IMG/VR virus record: IMGVR_UViG_3300047095_000811
Coordinates: 64,001 to 128,000 of that record
From: a virus
DNA length: 64,000 nt
Direction: 5' to 3' (one strand)
The notes under the pieces are model-generated. The model was not told the origin of the DNA. It worked only from the letters and a program-made list of their open reading frames with translations, and made no database searches. The position numbers and the translations under genes are program-made. Below are positions 19,868 through 30,600 of the stretch, piece after piece (position 1 is the stretch's first letter; every line of letters starts with the position of its first letter).

Positions 19868-20508
19868 TACTCTTCCTCAGTTACCTTTCTGGATGACGAT
19901 GAACCCTTCCTCCTGCGTCCGGGCAGTGCTGCGGTGAGCATCATCAGGCTGTCGAAGTCCAGCTTCCGAAGCTTGTATTCGACGGCTCTGATGATTCTCA
20001 GCGGCAAGAAGACGAGTTCCTCTTTAGACCCGATGAAGATGTTGACGCCCTGTTGGACCTCTCCGGTCTTTGGGTCCTCGCTGACGGCAAAGGAGATCAT
20101 GATCGCCTTGCCTTCTTCATTGGACACCTTCTCTTTGATCGACTTGAACTCTTCGTTCACGAAGCACTCGTATCCGTGATCGCTGTCTTCGACTTCGCCG
20201 AAGACTTCGTTGTCTCGCATCACGATCATGAAGTTCTTGAATGCTTCGCATAGGTCGACGATGGTCGTGCAAGAGAAAGCTATTTCGCTGCCCTTGACTT
20301 GTCTCTTCTTTTCCGGGTCGTAAGACTCGTATCCGAAGATCAAGTAAGAGCTGTAGTTGTATGTGTCGTACACGTTCCCGTTGTCGGAAGCGAACGAGTA
20401 TGACGGCCCGAAGTCGGACGAGTCAGACTTGACTACAAACTTGAGCCGCAGGTTGGAGTACCGGAATAGTGGTACTGTTTTGGAGTGCCATGTCTTGTTT
20501 GATGCCAT
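19867..20508 (-). CDS. hypothetical protein
   Basis: About 213 aa; GGAAGGA RBS before ATG 20508. Confidence 0.7.
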   Translation of the reverse strand: MASNKTWHSKTVPLFRYSNLRLKFVVKSDSSDFGPSYSFASDNGNVYDTYNYSSYLIFGYESYDPEKKRQVKGSEIAFSCTTIVDLCEAFKNFMIVMRDNEVFGEVEDSDHGYECFVNEEFKSIKEKVSNEEGKAIMISFAVSEDPKTGEVQQGVNIFIGSKEELVFLPLRIIRAVEYKLRKLDFDSLMMLTAALPGRRRKGSSSSRKVTEEE

Positions 20509-20725
20509 CGTAGTCCTTCCCATTATTGCATTTGCCCGTAGCCAGATCCCAAGTCAGATTGGGAGCCGGGTCGTCTCCGGACACGTTGTAGCGATCGATG
20601 AAGCCGGTCAGCGTGTTGCCGACCGGATCATACGAAAGCGGGAAGATCTGCTCGCCTTCCTCTGTCTGGAAGGCGTACATCTCACGAGGAAGCCGGGGCT
20701 TACCGTCGCTATTCGTCATCTTCAT
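20423..20725 (-). CDS. hypothetical protein
   Basis: 100-aa ORF filling the gap after the helicase; overlaps the next gene by about 85 nt. Confidence 0.45.
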   Translation of the reverse strand: MKMTNSDGKPRLPREMYAFQTEEGEQIFPLSYDPVGNTLTGFIDRYNVSGDDPAPNLTWDLATGKCNNGKDYDGIKQDMALQNSTTIPVLQPAAQVCSQV

Positions 20726-22229
20726 CTACCTTTCTGGTCGGCTTGCCTACCACGAATTTGGTGTACGAAACGGATACCGGGTCCATCACCTTGCGCTCCC
20801 GGTACATCATGTTGCGGCACTTCTTGAAGGTGAAGTCCGCTAGCTGGATGAACATGCGCTTCTTGTCACCTTCCTTGCGCAGACGACCTGCGATCTGCAG
20901 GAGGTGCGCTTCGGAGGTGATAGGAGTAACGTTGATGATCATCTCAAGACATGATATATTTATGATTCCCGAGAAGGACTTGTCCGTCGTTATGATGAGA
21001 TTCTTGTCGGTTTCTTTCATCCGCTCGTCCATGTCCTTGATGTCGCTGTTGAAGAAGCCGACTGTCAGGTCAGGGTACTGCTGGATGAGGTACTCGCCGA
21101 TCGCCCTGCCAGCCTCGTTCGTCTTCACGATGACCGCGATCTTGTTCGTCTCGGCAGTGCGGTGTTTCAGCGCGTAGTTCACGGTGCGACGCAGCACTTC
21201 CTTGCAGAAGAAATCGAAGTATGGTAGGTCGGGGTGGGTGAGCATCTTCAGGTACACCAGAGCATCGAAACCGTTCGGCTTGTTGATGCCTTTTTGGTGT
21301 TCTTTGGCGGCGTTCGAGTAGTACTGGACCTCCACGAAGTCGAACTTCTCCACCTTGTCTTGGCGGTAAACGCACTCGTCTCCGGGCGTCATGTTCTGGA
21401 GGATGATCTGCTCGCCATAGATGCGGCGGGAGTCTGTCGCCGTCAGATACAGCGTCTTGTAGGACACGACGTGCATCTCAAGGTTGAAGATCGTTTGGAG
21501 CTTCAGATGCATCTCGTCGATGATCTTGACCGAGATCTTGAGCTCCTCGAAGAGCTTGGTCACCAGCTCCGCATCCCCGTTCTTGAAGATGCTGCTCAGG
21601 GTCGGAGCAGAGCAGATCATGAGCTTGTACTGGCTCTTGTTCTCGATGATCTTCTTGATCGAAGCCGACCCCTTGACGATGGCAACCTCGCTGGCGATGT
21701 CGATGTCTGAGAACTTGTCGAACTCCTCCAGCCAAGTAGTGATGGCTCTGTCGTCGGGACAGATGATGCCTGCCATCTGCTTCGAAGCGCAGATGTACGA
21801 GATGGTGACGAAAGTTTTTCCTTCGCCAGTGTCAACAAACATCGCTCTTCTGGGTTTGTCCTTGATGTCGGAGAAGTCGTTCTTTCCGTGAAGGAAATCC
21901 GAGAGGGTCAGCTGCAACTCGGATCTGGCGGAGACTCCCGGCTTGAGCGCGATGTTGCACTTACCCCTAGGGATAAAGTACTCTGGTTCCTTGATGATTT
22001 CTTTCTCGTCTTCCTCAAGGTACTTCATCAGGTACTTGGGAGGGAAGTTGCGGGGAATCGCGTAGTACGACTCTCCATTGTAGTTTACCTGTGCGAGGGC
22101 GGTCCAAAGCTCCTCGTACCCGAACGTGATCTTCTTTGCGAAGACCGTGTTCTTTTTTACGAATTCGTCGAAGCTGTCTTCCTTGAACCCACGCACGAGA
22201 ATCCTGTTACGGTGCAGCACTATCGCCAT
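20709..22229 (-). CDS. superfamily 2 DExH helicase (UvsW-like)
   Basis: DTGEGKT, IIDEMH, LTAT, QIAGRLRK motifs. Confidence 0.88.
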   Translation of the reverse strand: MAIVLHRNRILVRGFKEDSFDEFVKKNTVFAKKITFGYEELWTALAQVNYNGESYYAIPRNFPPKYLMKYLEEDEKEIIKEPEYFIPRGKCNIALKPGVSARSELQLTLSDFLHGKNDFSDIKDKPRRAMFVDTGEGKTFVTISYICASKQMAGIICPDDRAITTWLEEFDKFSDIDIASEVAIVKGSASIKKIIENKSQYKLMICSAPTLSSIFKNGDAELVTKLFEELKISVKIIDEMHLKLQTIFNLEMHVVSYKTLYLTATDSRRIYGEQIILQNMTPGDECVYRQDKVEKFDFVEVQYYSNAAKEHQKGINKPNGFDALVYLKMLTHPDLPYFDFFCKEVLRRTVNYALKHRTAETNKIAVIVKTNEAGRAIGEYLIQQYPDLTVGFFNSDIKDMDERMKETDKNLIITTDKSFSGIINISCLEMIINVTPITSEAHLLQIAGRLRKEGDKKRMFIQLADFTFKKCRNMMYRERKVMDPVSVSYTKFVVGKPTRKVDEDDE

Positions 22230-22344
22230 GATAGATACTCCTCTCGATGTGTTCACACTAAATTATTATTCGAGAGATGGCGATTTTGCAAAAAAGAACC
22301 CATGCCGCCTTGCGGGCAGCATGGGTTTAATGGGTTTTTCGCAA

Positions 22345-22902
22345 CTACTCTGTCATGCTGTCGAAGTGGTCTTCAAGATCCTCTTGGTCGATGATTTTCT
22401 GATCAGCTTCTTCGGAGACTCCGACTACCTGGATCAGGTCGATCCCGTGGTCGAGAAGCATGTCGTGGGACATACCGTTCTTAAACTCTTCGATGTAGTA
22501 GATGCGCTTCACCTTCGCCCTGATGAGCCTTGCGGCGCATCGGGTGCAGGGCGAATGGGTGATGTAGAGGGTGGCTCCCTCCAGCGACCTTCCGATCTCT
22601 GCGGCTCTCTGAAGCACTTCGTCTTCTGCGTGGAGCGTGGAGTCTTTGGTCTTCCCGTTGAGGTCAACCGTGTAGGGGTCTCTGGAGTCCACGTTGTGGT
22701 TGAAGCCATACCCGAGAACGTTACCGTTCCGGTCCACTGCCACGGCTCCGACTTGCTTGTCAGGAGCCGGAGAGCGGGACGCGATCTGCATCGCAACGTT
22801 CAGCCACACGCGCAGTGCGCTCGAAGGCTTTCTGTACCGGACGATCGGAGGGGCTTCCTGCAGATCTTCGTTTTCTTCAATTACGTGGTAGTCGTTTTCC
22901 AC
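22345..22902 (-). CDS. dCMP deaminase
   Basis: QVGAV, GFN, HAE and HSPCTRC zinc motifs. Confidence 0.85.
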   Translation of the reverse strand: MENDYHVIEENEDLQEAPPIVRYRKPSSALRVWLNVAMQIASRSPAPDKQVGAVAVDRNGNVLGYGFNHNVDSRDPYTVDLNGKTKDSTLHAEDEVLQRAAEIGRSLEGATLYITHSPCTRCAARLIRAKVKRIYYIEEFKNGMSHDMLLDHGIDLIQVVGVSEEADQKIIDQEDLEDHFDSMTE

Positions 22903-22925
22903 TGTGGCTCCTCTTCTCTTGGCCG

Positions 22926-24833
22926 TCAGTACAGGCCGTCGATGATGCTTTCTTCATCCTTGCTGAACATGTTGTTCTCCACAACGTAGTTCAGACGCTC
23001 GAAGGCGAGGGTGATCGCCGCCGATGGATGATTGACGAGCGCGTTGGTGAGTTTGAGGAACTTCAACTTCTCGGGGTTGTCAAAGTTCTTCGGGCGGTGT
23101 TGAATGTCGTCCACATCCCTGAGCAACTCGCGGAGGATCAGCTCGATGGTGAGGCTGCTGGCGCGGATGTTCGAACGTTCGAGAAGGCCGAGGAACTCAG
23201 GAAGGATGAGGTGATAATTGCCGGGGTCGGAAATCTTCACCTTCTTCTTGGGCTCCTCTTCAATCACTTCTTCGATGTTGAGACGGGCCTCGCTCTCCAG
23301 AAGGTGGATGATGTTCTTCAGGGGGGTGGAGAGCTCGCTGTTCTCGACGTTGATCCGGAAGAGGTTCTCCTGACCGTCGTTCGAAACTTCGATGATGTTG
23401 TCTGCCTTGTACTTGGAAACCATGTCGGGGTTCTCAAGCACCACCAGCTCTTCTCCGTCGGCGAACTCGAACTCGACCTGACGGTCTCCGTCGAGCACCA
23501 CCATGCGCTTGATGACCGTCTCCTCCTCATCGTTGACGATGATCTCGGTTACGTTCACCTTGAAGTGCTTCTTGCCGATCAGGTTGGAGCCGTCGATCTC
23601 GAAGTACTCGTACATCTTCTGAGGGAGCTTCACCTTCTCCGGGTTGATCTGGAGCAGGTGCTTCGAGGACAGCAGCATCTGGGTCAGCTGCTCGGTGAGG
23701 CTGAGCACGCTGCTGATGCCGATATGGAACGGGTTCACCTTCACCAGATCGCCGTAGCAGGTGTGGCATATGCCGTCTTCGGCGCAGCAGGTGATCGGAG
23801 TGCGGAGCCGGATCTTCTTGCCGACCATACTCTGGTCCCGACCGTCGATCTTGACCAGCTTGCCCTTGACAGAGCGGTAGCGACCGTTGAGCCGCTTGAG
23901 CGCCGACTTGGACTCGATGACCATTTCGAGGTAGTTGTCGGACCCGCAGTCCTTGGTCTCAGACAGCTTCTGATTCAGCACCAGGAGCAGGAGCTTCCGC
24001 GACATGTAACCAGCGCGGCGCACTTGCAGCGAGTTGGTGATCAGCGCCTTGCGGGCACCCATCGCCGAGACGAAGTAGTCCATCTCGTTGCGGAACCCGT
24101 AGAAGAGGTTCGTGTCCACGCAGTGCGGGAAGATCGCAGATGAGGTCACCTCGGGCTTGTAGCCGACGTTGCAGAACACCTGCTGGAACTGTCCGATTGA
24201 CACAGCCGACAGGAGGTTCTTGTAACAGTTGTACTCGTCATCCTTGATGATAGCTTCGAGCAGCTGGCGGTTTGCGTTCTTGACCTTCTCGTTGCCTTCG
24301 AAGTAGTCGACCTTGGAGCCGGTCTCCTCCCGCACCTTGGTCTTCAGCAGAGCTGCTACTTCCGGATTTCGCTGCATCATCTGCAGCATGTCGTAGATGT
24401 TGATGCTGTTGCCAGCGGACTGGTTGACCTCGAATGCCATGTCTGCCAGCTCTTCGAGGCAGCGGGCGATGATCGCCTTGAGACCAGTGAGGTCAGCGTC
24501 CTCGTCGGTCGCCATGCGGATGGTGTCCGTGAAGTACGAGGACACCATCTTCGCCGCATTGTCTTCTGCGGAACACAGAAGAAGATCGCCCTCGTCGAGA
24601 TCCCGTTCCAGCACGTAGCGGGCCTTGATCGCGACGAGGGCGAGGACCAAGGCACCGAACCGCTGGCTCAGTACCTTGCCCATGAACTTGAACTTCGTTT
24701 CCCGACGACGAATCGAGAAGTCGGCCTTCAGGAGAGCGATACACTCGTCCGTGAAGTTAATCGTCGCTTCCAGATCTTTCTGCTCGACGAAGTTCAGATT
24801 TAGAACTTTTTCCTTTTCGTTTTTTGCCACCAT
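22926..24833 (-). CDS. multisubunit RNA polymerase beta-prime C-terminal half (probably non-virion RNAP)
   Basis: Bridge helix YFVSAMGARKAL...AGYMSRKL, KDCG, LRTPITC...GICHTCYG zinc site, trigger loop LTEQLTQMLLSSKH. Confidence 0.9.
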   Translation of the reverse strand: MVAKNEKEKVLNLNFVEQKDLEATINFTDECIALLKADFSIRRRETKFKFMGKVLSQRFGALVLALVAIKARYVLERDLDEGDLLLCSAEDNAAKMVSSYFTDTIRMATDEDADLTGLKAIIARCLEELADMAFEVNQSAGNSINIYDMLQMMQRNPEVAALLKTKVREETGSKVDYFEGNEKVKNANRQLLEAIIKDDEYNCYKNLLSAVSIGQFQQVFCNVGYKPEVTSSAIFPHCVDTNLFYGFRNEMDYFVSAMGARKALITNSLQVRRAGYMSRKLLLLVLNQKLSETKDCGSDNYLEMVIESKSALKRLNGRYRSVKGKLVKIDGRDQSMVGKKIRLRTPITCCAEDGICHTCYGDLVKVNPFHIGISSVLSLTEQLTQMLLSSKHLLQINPEKVKLPQKMYEYFEIDGSNLIGKKHFKVNVTEIIVNDEEETVIKRMVVLDGDRQVEFEFADGEELVVLENPDMVSKYKADNIIEVSNDGQENLFRINVENSELSTPLKNIIHLLESEARLNIEEVIEEEPKKKVKISDPGNYHLILPEFLGLLERSNIRASSLTIELILRELLRDVDDIQHRPKNFDNPEKLKFLKLTNALVNHPSAAITLAFERLNYVVENNMFSKDEESIIDGLY

Positions 24834-24960
24834 TTTTCCCCTTCTCGAACGACAAATTGAACTTGAAACTGTGATGCTTGAGACTCAGGTTTAGTCTCTT
24901 GTCCGCCGCGTCGCCGAAGAGCGCGTTGGTAACGCCTGTGATTACTTCGCCTATGATCAT
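24757..24960 (-). CDS. small basic ORF with FKFNLxFEKG motif
   Basis: 67 aa, overlaps the beta-prime start; shares a motif with 31905..32111. Confidence 0.45.
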   Translation of the reverse strand: MIIGEVITGVTNALFGDAADKRLNLSLKHHSFKFNLSFEKGKNGGKKRKGKSSKSELRRAERSGSDD

Positions 24961-25099
24961 TCCTAGCCTCTCTTTGGGAGGTTAGGAAGCGCCGGAGAGT
25001 CCTGCAGCGGAGGCGTCACCAGCTCTGAACTGGATCTAGTCCCGCCCGGATTTTGCACCTCCTGTACGCACTACCTTCATTCCTCAATAAAAATGATGG

Positions 25100-25136
25100 A
25101 AACATCCGCTACACCCTCGTGAGGTGTAGCGGATGA
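25100..25136 (-). terminator. intrinsic terminator
   Basis: CATCCGCTACACC/GGTGTAGCGGATG 13-bp stem. Confidence 0.65.
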
Positions 25137-25151
25137 ACGCATCAGAAGATG

Positions 25152-26198
25152 TTACTTCTTCTTCTTGGCCGGAGTGAAGGTCTCATTGCCTTCGTCGTCG
25201 GTGCCCCACTTGCCGTTGACGAAGTTGCCCTTGGCGTCGAACTGACCTTCGACGAACTCGCCGTCATCGGTAGTCGTGCCCTTGGTCATGGTCTTGCCGT
25301 AGTACAGGTTCAGGCTGACCTTGGTGTGCGGGCTGACGAGGGTGTGGTACGGAGTAGCGACTTGCGCCAGCTCGGTGTTCGGGGCGTACACGCGAGCTTC
25401 CATTTCGCGGCGCTTGAACTTCGCCACGAACTTCACATCGTACTCGGCCAGAGTCTCTTCGAGGAAGGTCTCGAAAGCCTTGACGACTTGGATGGTGACG
25501 CTCTTGGTCGGAGGAGCGATGCCCAGCTCGACCAGCTTGTCGTGGAAGCGGCTGAACAGTTCGTCCTGCGGCATCCAGGAACCCGGCTTCAATTCCTTGC
25601 GCTCTTTCTCCTTCTTGGCGCCCCAAGCGGAGTTCTTGCCGGTCTTGGTCTGCTTGCCGGTCGGGACTTCGTCGTCGCCTTCGTCGTCAGCGGCGGGCTT
25701 CGCAGCCTTCTTGGCGGGAGCAGCGGCCTTGACCGGGGCCTTGGCGGCAGCCTTCACGGGAGCCTTGGCAGGGGCCTTCTTCGGAGCCGGAGCTTCTTCT
25801 TCGGCTTCTTCCTCTTCGCCGTCTTCTTCCGAGGATTCTTCTTCCTCTTCTTCTTCCGGCTCAGGGGCCTTCGGAGCGGCCTTCTTGGCAGGGGCCTTGG
25901 CGGCGGGCTTCACGACCTTCTTCGGAGCCGGAGCTTCTTCTTCGGCTTCTTCCTCTTCGCCGTCCTCGTCGCCTTCTTCCTCTTCTTCTTCCGGCTCAAC
26001 GGCCTTCGGAGCGGCCTTCTTGGCCAGGACTTTCTTCACCGGCTTGGCCGGAGCTTCTTCTTCCTCGCCTTCGCCTTCACCGCCCTCGACTTGGGAGTCT
26101 TCCTCTTCGTCGTCGGCGGGCTTGCTCACCTTCTTGGAGGCGGTAGCGGGGGAAGCGCCGTTCTTCTTCTTGGCCAGCAGGTCTTTGATCGATGCCAT
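25152..26198 (-). CDS. DNA-binding protein: acidic/PAKK repeats plus divergent HU-like domain
   Basis: Alternating poly-Glu and KKAPAK blocks; C-terminal VKAFETFLEETL...KFKRREMEARV...KVSL has the HU pattern. Confidence 0.6.
   Translation of the reverse strand: MASIKDLLAKKKNGASPATASKKVSKPADDEEEDSQVEGGEGEGEEEEAPAKPVKKVLAKKAAPKAVEPEEEEEEGDEDGEEEEAEEEAPAPKKVVKPAAKAPAKKAAPKAPEPEEEEEEESSEEDGEEEEAEEEAPAPKKAPAKAPVKAAAKAPVKAAAPAKKAAKPAADDEGDDEVPTGKQTKTGKNSAWGAKKEKERKELKPGSWMPQDELFSRFHDKLVELGIAPPTKSVTIQVVKAFETFLEETLAEYDVKFVAKFKRREMEARVYAPNTELAQVATPYHTLVSPHTKVSLNLYYGKTMTKGTTTDDGEFVEGQFDAKGNFVNGKWGTDDEGNETFTPAKKKK
25690..26110 (-). repeat. intragenic imperfect tandem repeats
   Basis: Repeated gccggagcttcttcttcggcttcttcctcttcgccgtc and ttcggagcggccttcttggc units encoding EEDGEEEEAEEEAPAPKK / AKKAAPKA. 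Confidence 0.8.
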
Positions 26199-26463
26199 TT
26201 TTCAGTCCTTTCTAGTGACTTGGTACACAGGTAAATTTCCAATCGATTGGAGGCTCTTGTCAGGCTGACCCTTTTGAGTTAGTATCAGCCTGGAACCACG
26301 TAGATTATATCTACGCGATTTCAGGTTTGACGTTTACCGCAGGGTAGTCTAGCCAGATGTTGGATACGCTGAAACCACATGAATGCACCTTTCTCAATTA
26401 GTTACATCCAGAATCGGGTTCCAGCGCTTTCTTTCAAATACGTTCTAAGACGTTTTTGGTTCT

Positions 26464-27405
26464 CTATGCCAGCTTGATGAGCAGGTCAATGATGGCCCGC
26501 GTCATAGCGATGGAACGGTGATTCCACTTGAGTCTCTCCGAGATCGACACGTCGCTTAGGGAGCAGAACTGCTCCTCGTCTTTAGACTTGCCGTTGACGA
26601 AGAAGATCGAATTATAGCCGAAATCTCGATGCAGCGCACGGAGACTTTCGCGGTCGTTGAGGGAAAAGCCATTCGGAACAACGACCTCTCCAAAGAGGGT
26701 TCCGATGCCTGACGCCGCGATCTTGCCGGACGGCTCGGCGATGGTCGCCACAGTCTGGAAGTACGCCGGAACCTCACCGTGCTTCCCGACCACGCTCATG
26801 ACGCGAGTCAGCAGCATGACCTTGTTCAGGAAGTCCTTCGCGTCCTTGGTTTTCACCGACTCGGGCTTCCCTTCTTCCGAAAGGATCTCGTGGTAGATGA
26901 TACCGGCATCCACGAAGCTCTCGGGGTTGTAACGACCGATGTTTCGGTCGAAGTACCGAGCGGAGTAGACACCCGGCTCGTCTCCAAGCAGCGGAACACA
27001 GATACCGGAGTCCTCTGCCATGACGTAGGACGACAAGTGTGCTGCGGTCTGGGTGCTCTTCAGGACGGAGTTCGCGTAGAGGGTGCTCCCCGTCTCGTCC
27101 ACTTCCGGTAGCGGAACCTTCGGCACGTCGAACTCCAGCAGCCCGTCCAGCAGCTCCTTCAGATGACCGCTGTTCTCGATGAATCCCTTGAATTCGAGCA
27201 CCTTCCCGTAGTTGCCGGTGGCGAACCAGATTCGAGGATCGCGCTTCAGGGTGATTGGCAGGTAGTCGAGGATGCGTCCCTTGATCGGCAGCAGGTATGC
27301 CATCACGCTCTCGATCTCACTCCGGAAGGAGCTGTAGTTTTCTTGCTGGCGCAGAACCGTCGTGCGGTGCCCGTCCAGATCGATGAGGTCAATCACTTCT
27401 TCCAT
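26464..27405 (-). CDS. rdgB: HAM1/RdgB-family non-canonical NTP pyrophosphatase
   Basis: FATGNxGKxxE, ETGST..N..K, EDSG, PGVYSARY, FGY, HR motifs. Confidence 0.85.
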   Translation of the reverse strand: MEEVIDLIDLDGHRTTVLRQQENYSSFRSEIESVMAYLLPIKGRILDYLPITLKRDPRIWFATGNYGKVLEFKGFIENSGHLKELLDGLLEFDVPKVPLPEVDETGSTLYANSVLKSTQTAAHLSSYVMAEDSGICVPLLGDEPGVYSARYFDRNIGRYNPESFVDAGIIYHEILSEEGKPESVKTKDAKDFLNKVMLLTRVMSVVGKHGEVPAYFQTVATIAEPSGKIAASGIGTLFGEVVVPNGFSLNDRESLRALHRDFGYNSIFFVNGKSKDEEQFCSLSDVSISERLKWNHRSIAMTRAIIDLLIKLA

Positions 27406-27689
27406 GCTTCTTCCTTTTGCTTCATTTGCCGTAGTGGCTAAATCGTACCATCGATACGTTCCTTTCAGTTTTCCTCTCAGTCGCAGTTGTATTCGGGAAT
27501 ATCTCTTTAGCACATCCCGAGGGGGACTTTAGGGGGTGATAGAGTACGAGATCATCTTTAAATAAATAATGATACCGTAACCCAGATCATCCTCTAGGAG
27601 CACTGATATGATATATGAGTAATAGTGGATTTGCTTTGTAACTACTCATTAATCATGAAACACTTTCATTTTTCTAGGGGATAACCACC

Positions 27690-30600
27690 ATGATGGTTTC
27701 AATGGAAAAGATCATCCCGAACAAGATCTACTTCTCGTCTTCTCTCCAGATCAATGTGGAAAAGGAAGGGAAGTACATCCTTACTTCGACGGATCCAGAG
27801 GATCCACAAAGACTGAAGTCCTTGACGGACTCCATGAAATTCGTGCCTCAAGGGAAGATGTACCTGTACTTCCCAGAGATGCTGCTGAACCCGGCGACTC
27901 TCGCTTCGATCAGCTCCACCAAGGAACGCAACGACTTCTTCAAGGACATCGCAGAGATCAACCTCGGCCATCAGGCCACCAAGGTCATGAAGCTCTCCGA
28001 TCTCTCTCAGGAGCAGAAGAGTGACAACCATCCGCTGGTCGTCAACGTCGGCGGGTACTTCTCCAAGCTGGACTCGTACATCTCGGTCCACAAGAAGACC
28101 CCTCAGCAGAAGTACGCTTACCTCAAGCTCGTACTGAAGAAGATCCTGGCAGACACCGCGAGGGACATCCCGGAAGGCAAGAAGACGCTGGTCGTGGACA
28201 TCCAAGGTAACAGCCCGAGAATCGACCCGGTGCTGTTCACCATCGTATACGGCCTGAAGAAGGACTTCGAGGGGTGCTCCGGTATCTTCTCCGGAGTGGA
28301 CGTGATCTTGGTCGATCCCGACCACAACCTCTTCGTCAAACTGAATCTGACCGACCGCAAGAAAGCCATCCAGTCGGTGAACCTGTCTGCGAAGATGGCT
28401 GCTCTCAGCAAGTCGTTCGATCCCAAGAAGGTCATCACCGACAAGGACGTCCAAGTCGGCGACACTGTGGTATCAGACGACGCCGAAGTGATCGGATCCA
28501 CCGAAGAGACCCCGATCGACAAGACCGGAGAGGTCACCAATCAGGAAGCTGCCAAGGCTTCCGAACAGACCAAGGAAGAAGCAGACCACACTGACGTGGA
28601 CGGCGTATCCCGAGTCGAAGACCTCGATCTCAGCGAGATCATGGCGACCGACACCTCTGCCGAGTTCGACCGGCTCGAAAAGGAGAACGCCGAGTTTGTG
28701 GCAAAGTTCAAGCCGCAGCAGGACAAAGCCTTCGGCGACGTCCAGAAGAGGGAAGAAGACTTCGTTCTCCATGTGGAATCGGCAAAGGACGACGCGGTAC
28801 TCAACCCGAGCATCAAGACCGCCAAGACGGTGGCCCTGACCAACTCCTACCACAAGAACCTCTTCAGGAAGGATGTTGCCTCCCTCCTCCAGTCCCTCAA
28901 TAACGACTCAGAATTCCCTGCCGTCGTGATCTCGCACGAGATGAAGGACTCTTCGGACCCGCTGAACCTGAAGGACGAGCTTTCCGTCGTCTTCATGGAC
29001 AAGCAGGGTAAGAAGCACAACTTCACTGTTGACGTTCCCAAACTGTCCTCCGACGGCTTCCTGTACATCAACGGCAATAAAAAGTTCATCGCCAAGCAGA
29101 CGACGCTTTTGCCGCTCATCAAGGAAGCTCCCGACCGAGTCCAGATCACCACGTCGTACTCGAAGACCTTCTTGTACCGCAAGGGCGACAAGACTAACCC
29201 GATGATCGACAGGATCTTTAAGACTCTCATCGGTAAGTCGTACACCGGGGTGAAGCCCATGTACGGCAATTCCTTCGCGTCCAACATCAAGTACGGCGTC
29301 AGTATCCCCTACAACTACCTCTCGAAGCGTCTCTTCACGCTCAGCTTCGATCTGGGAGCGAAGGCTTCTCTGGACTTCCACTTCAGCCAGAAGCGGATCC
29401 GTTCGGTGATGGAGGATGCCGGGATGTCGATCCCGGAAGGGAAGCTGCCGGTTGCACTGCGGATGATGAACGGCAAGATTGATGCGGTCTACTTCGAGGA
29501 TGCGTCCACCAGAAAGGTGGAGCAGGTCAGCGGCAAGACGGTCATGAAGACCTATCAGAACCTGCAGGACCTGCTCGTCGAGACGATCAGGAACTACAAG
29601 AACACCGACGTCCTGAAGGCTTTCGAGGCCACCAATGCAGGCAAGGCGTACAGCTACACCGACATCAAGCTCGCCGGGACCAGCGTCCCTCTGGGCATCC
29701 TCGTCAGCTTCTACCAAGGTCTGCTTCCAGCTCTCGACGGGTACGGCATCAAGTACACCGTCTCCGCTGAGAAGCGCCGTGCTGCAGAGAACGAGACTCT
29801 CATCCAGTTCAAGGACATGAATGTGTACCTGAATCTGGAAGGGGATACTGCTAAGGAGCTCTTTGCCAACGGTCTGTACTTCCTGAATACCAAGGAGTTC
29901 TCCTACCGGGACGCTGAGCGTCGTGGGTCTGTGTTCATCGAGTACTTCGGAGAGGCAATCGGATCCCGCAACATCGCCAAGGCATACATCAACTTCGAGA
30001 CCTCGATGATCGACCCGATCACGAAGGAGATCCTCATCGATCTGAAACTGCCAACGGAGTTCGTCCCTCTGCTTTACAAGGCGAACGACATGCTGGCGGG
30101 GTACTCCCACAAGCGCAAGAACGACATGACGAACTTCCGGGTCAGAGACTCTGAGGTGCTGTCCGTGGCGATCTACGACGTACTCATGAAGTCCTTCAAC
30201 GAGTACAAGCGCACCGTGAAGACCGGCGTGGTGACTCCGATCTCTGCGCCGAAGGACGCCGTGGTCAAGAAGGTGCAGGCTCTCCCGAACGTGGAGGACT
30301 ATTCGGTTCTGTCTCCGTTCCTCGAAATGGAGCTGAAGTCCAAGACGACATTCAAAGGTCCGTCCGGCCTCAACAGCTCCGACGCCTACACCGCCGAGAT
30401 TCGTTCTTACGATCCGTCGATGATCGGCCTGTTCGGCATCTTCTCCCCGGTCTCCGGGGAGATCGGCGTCAACCGCTCTCTGGTGCTGAACCCGAAGATC
30501 CGAAACAACCGTGGGTACCTCGACCATCCGGACGTGGACTCGATGAACATGGACAACCTGTTCGCCTCCGGCGAGCTGCTGAACCTGTTCTCCGCGAACC

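Noticed and set aside
25690-26110. Direct repeats as a possible CRISPR array
   Set aside because: They are in-frame low-complexity coding repeats without unique spacers, and no cas genes are present
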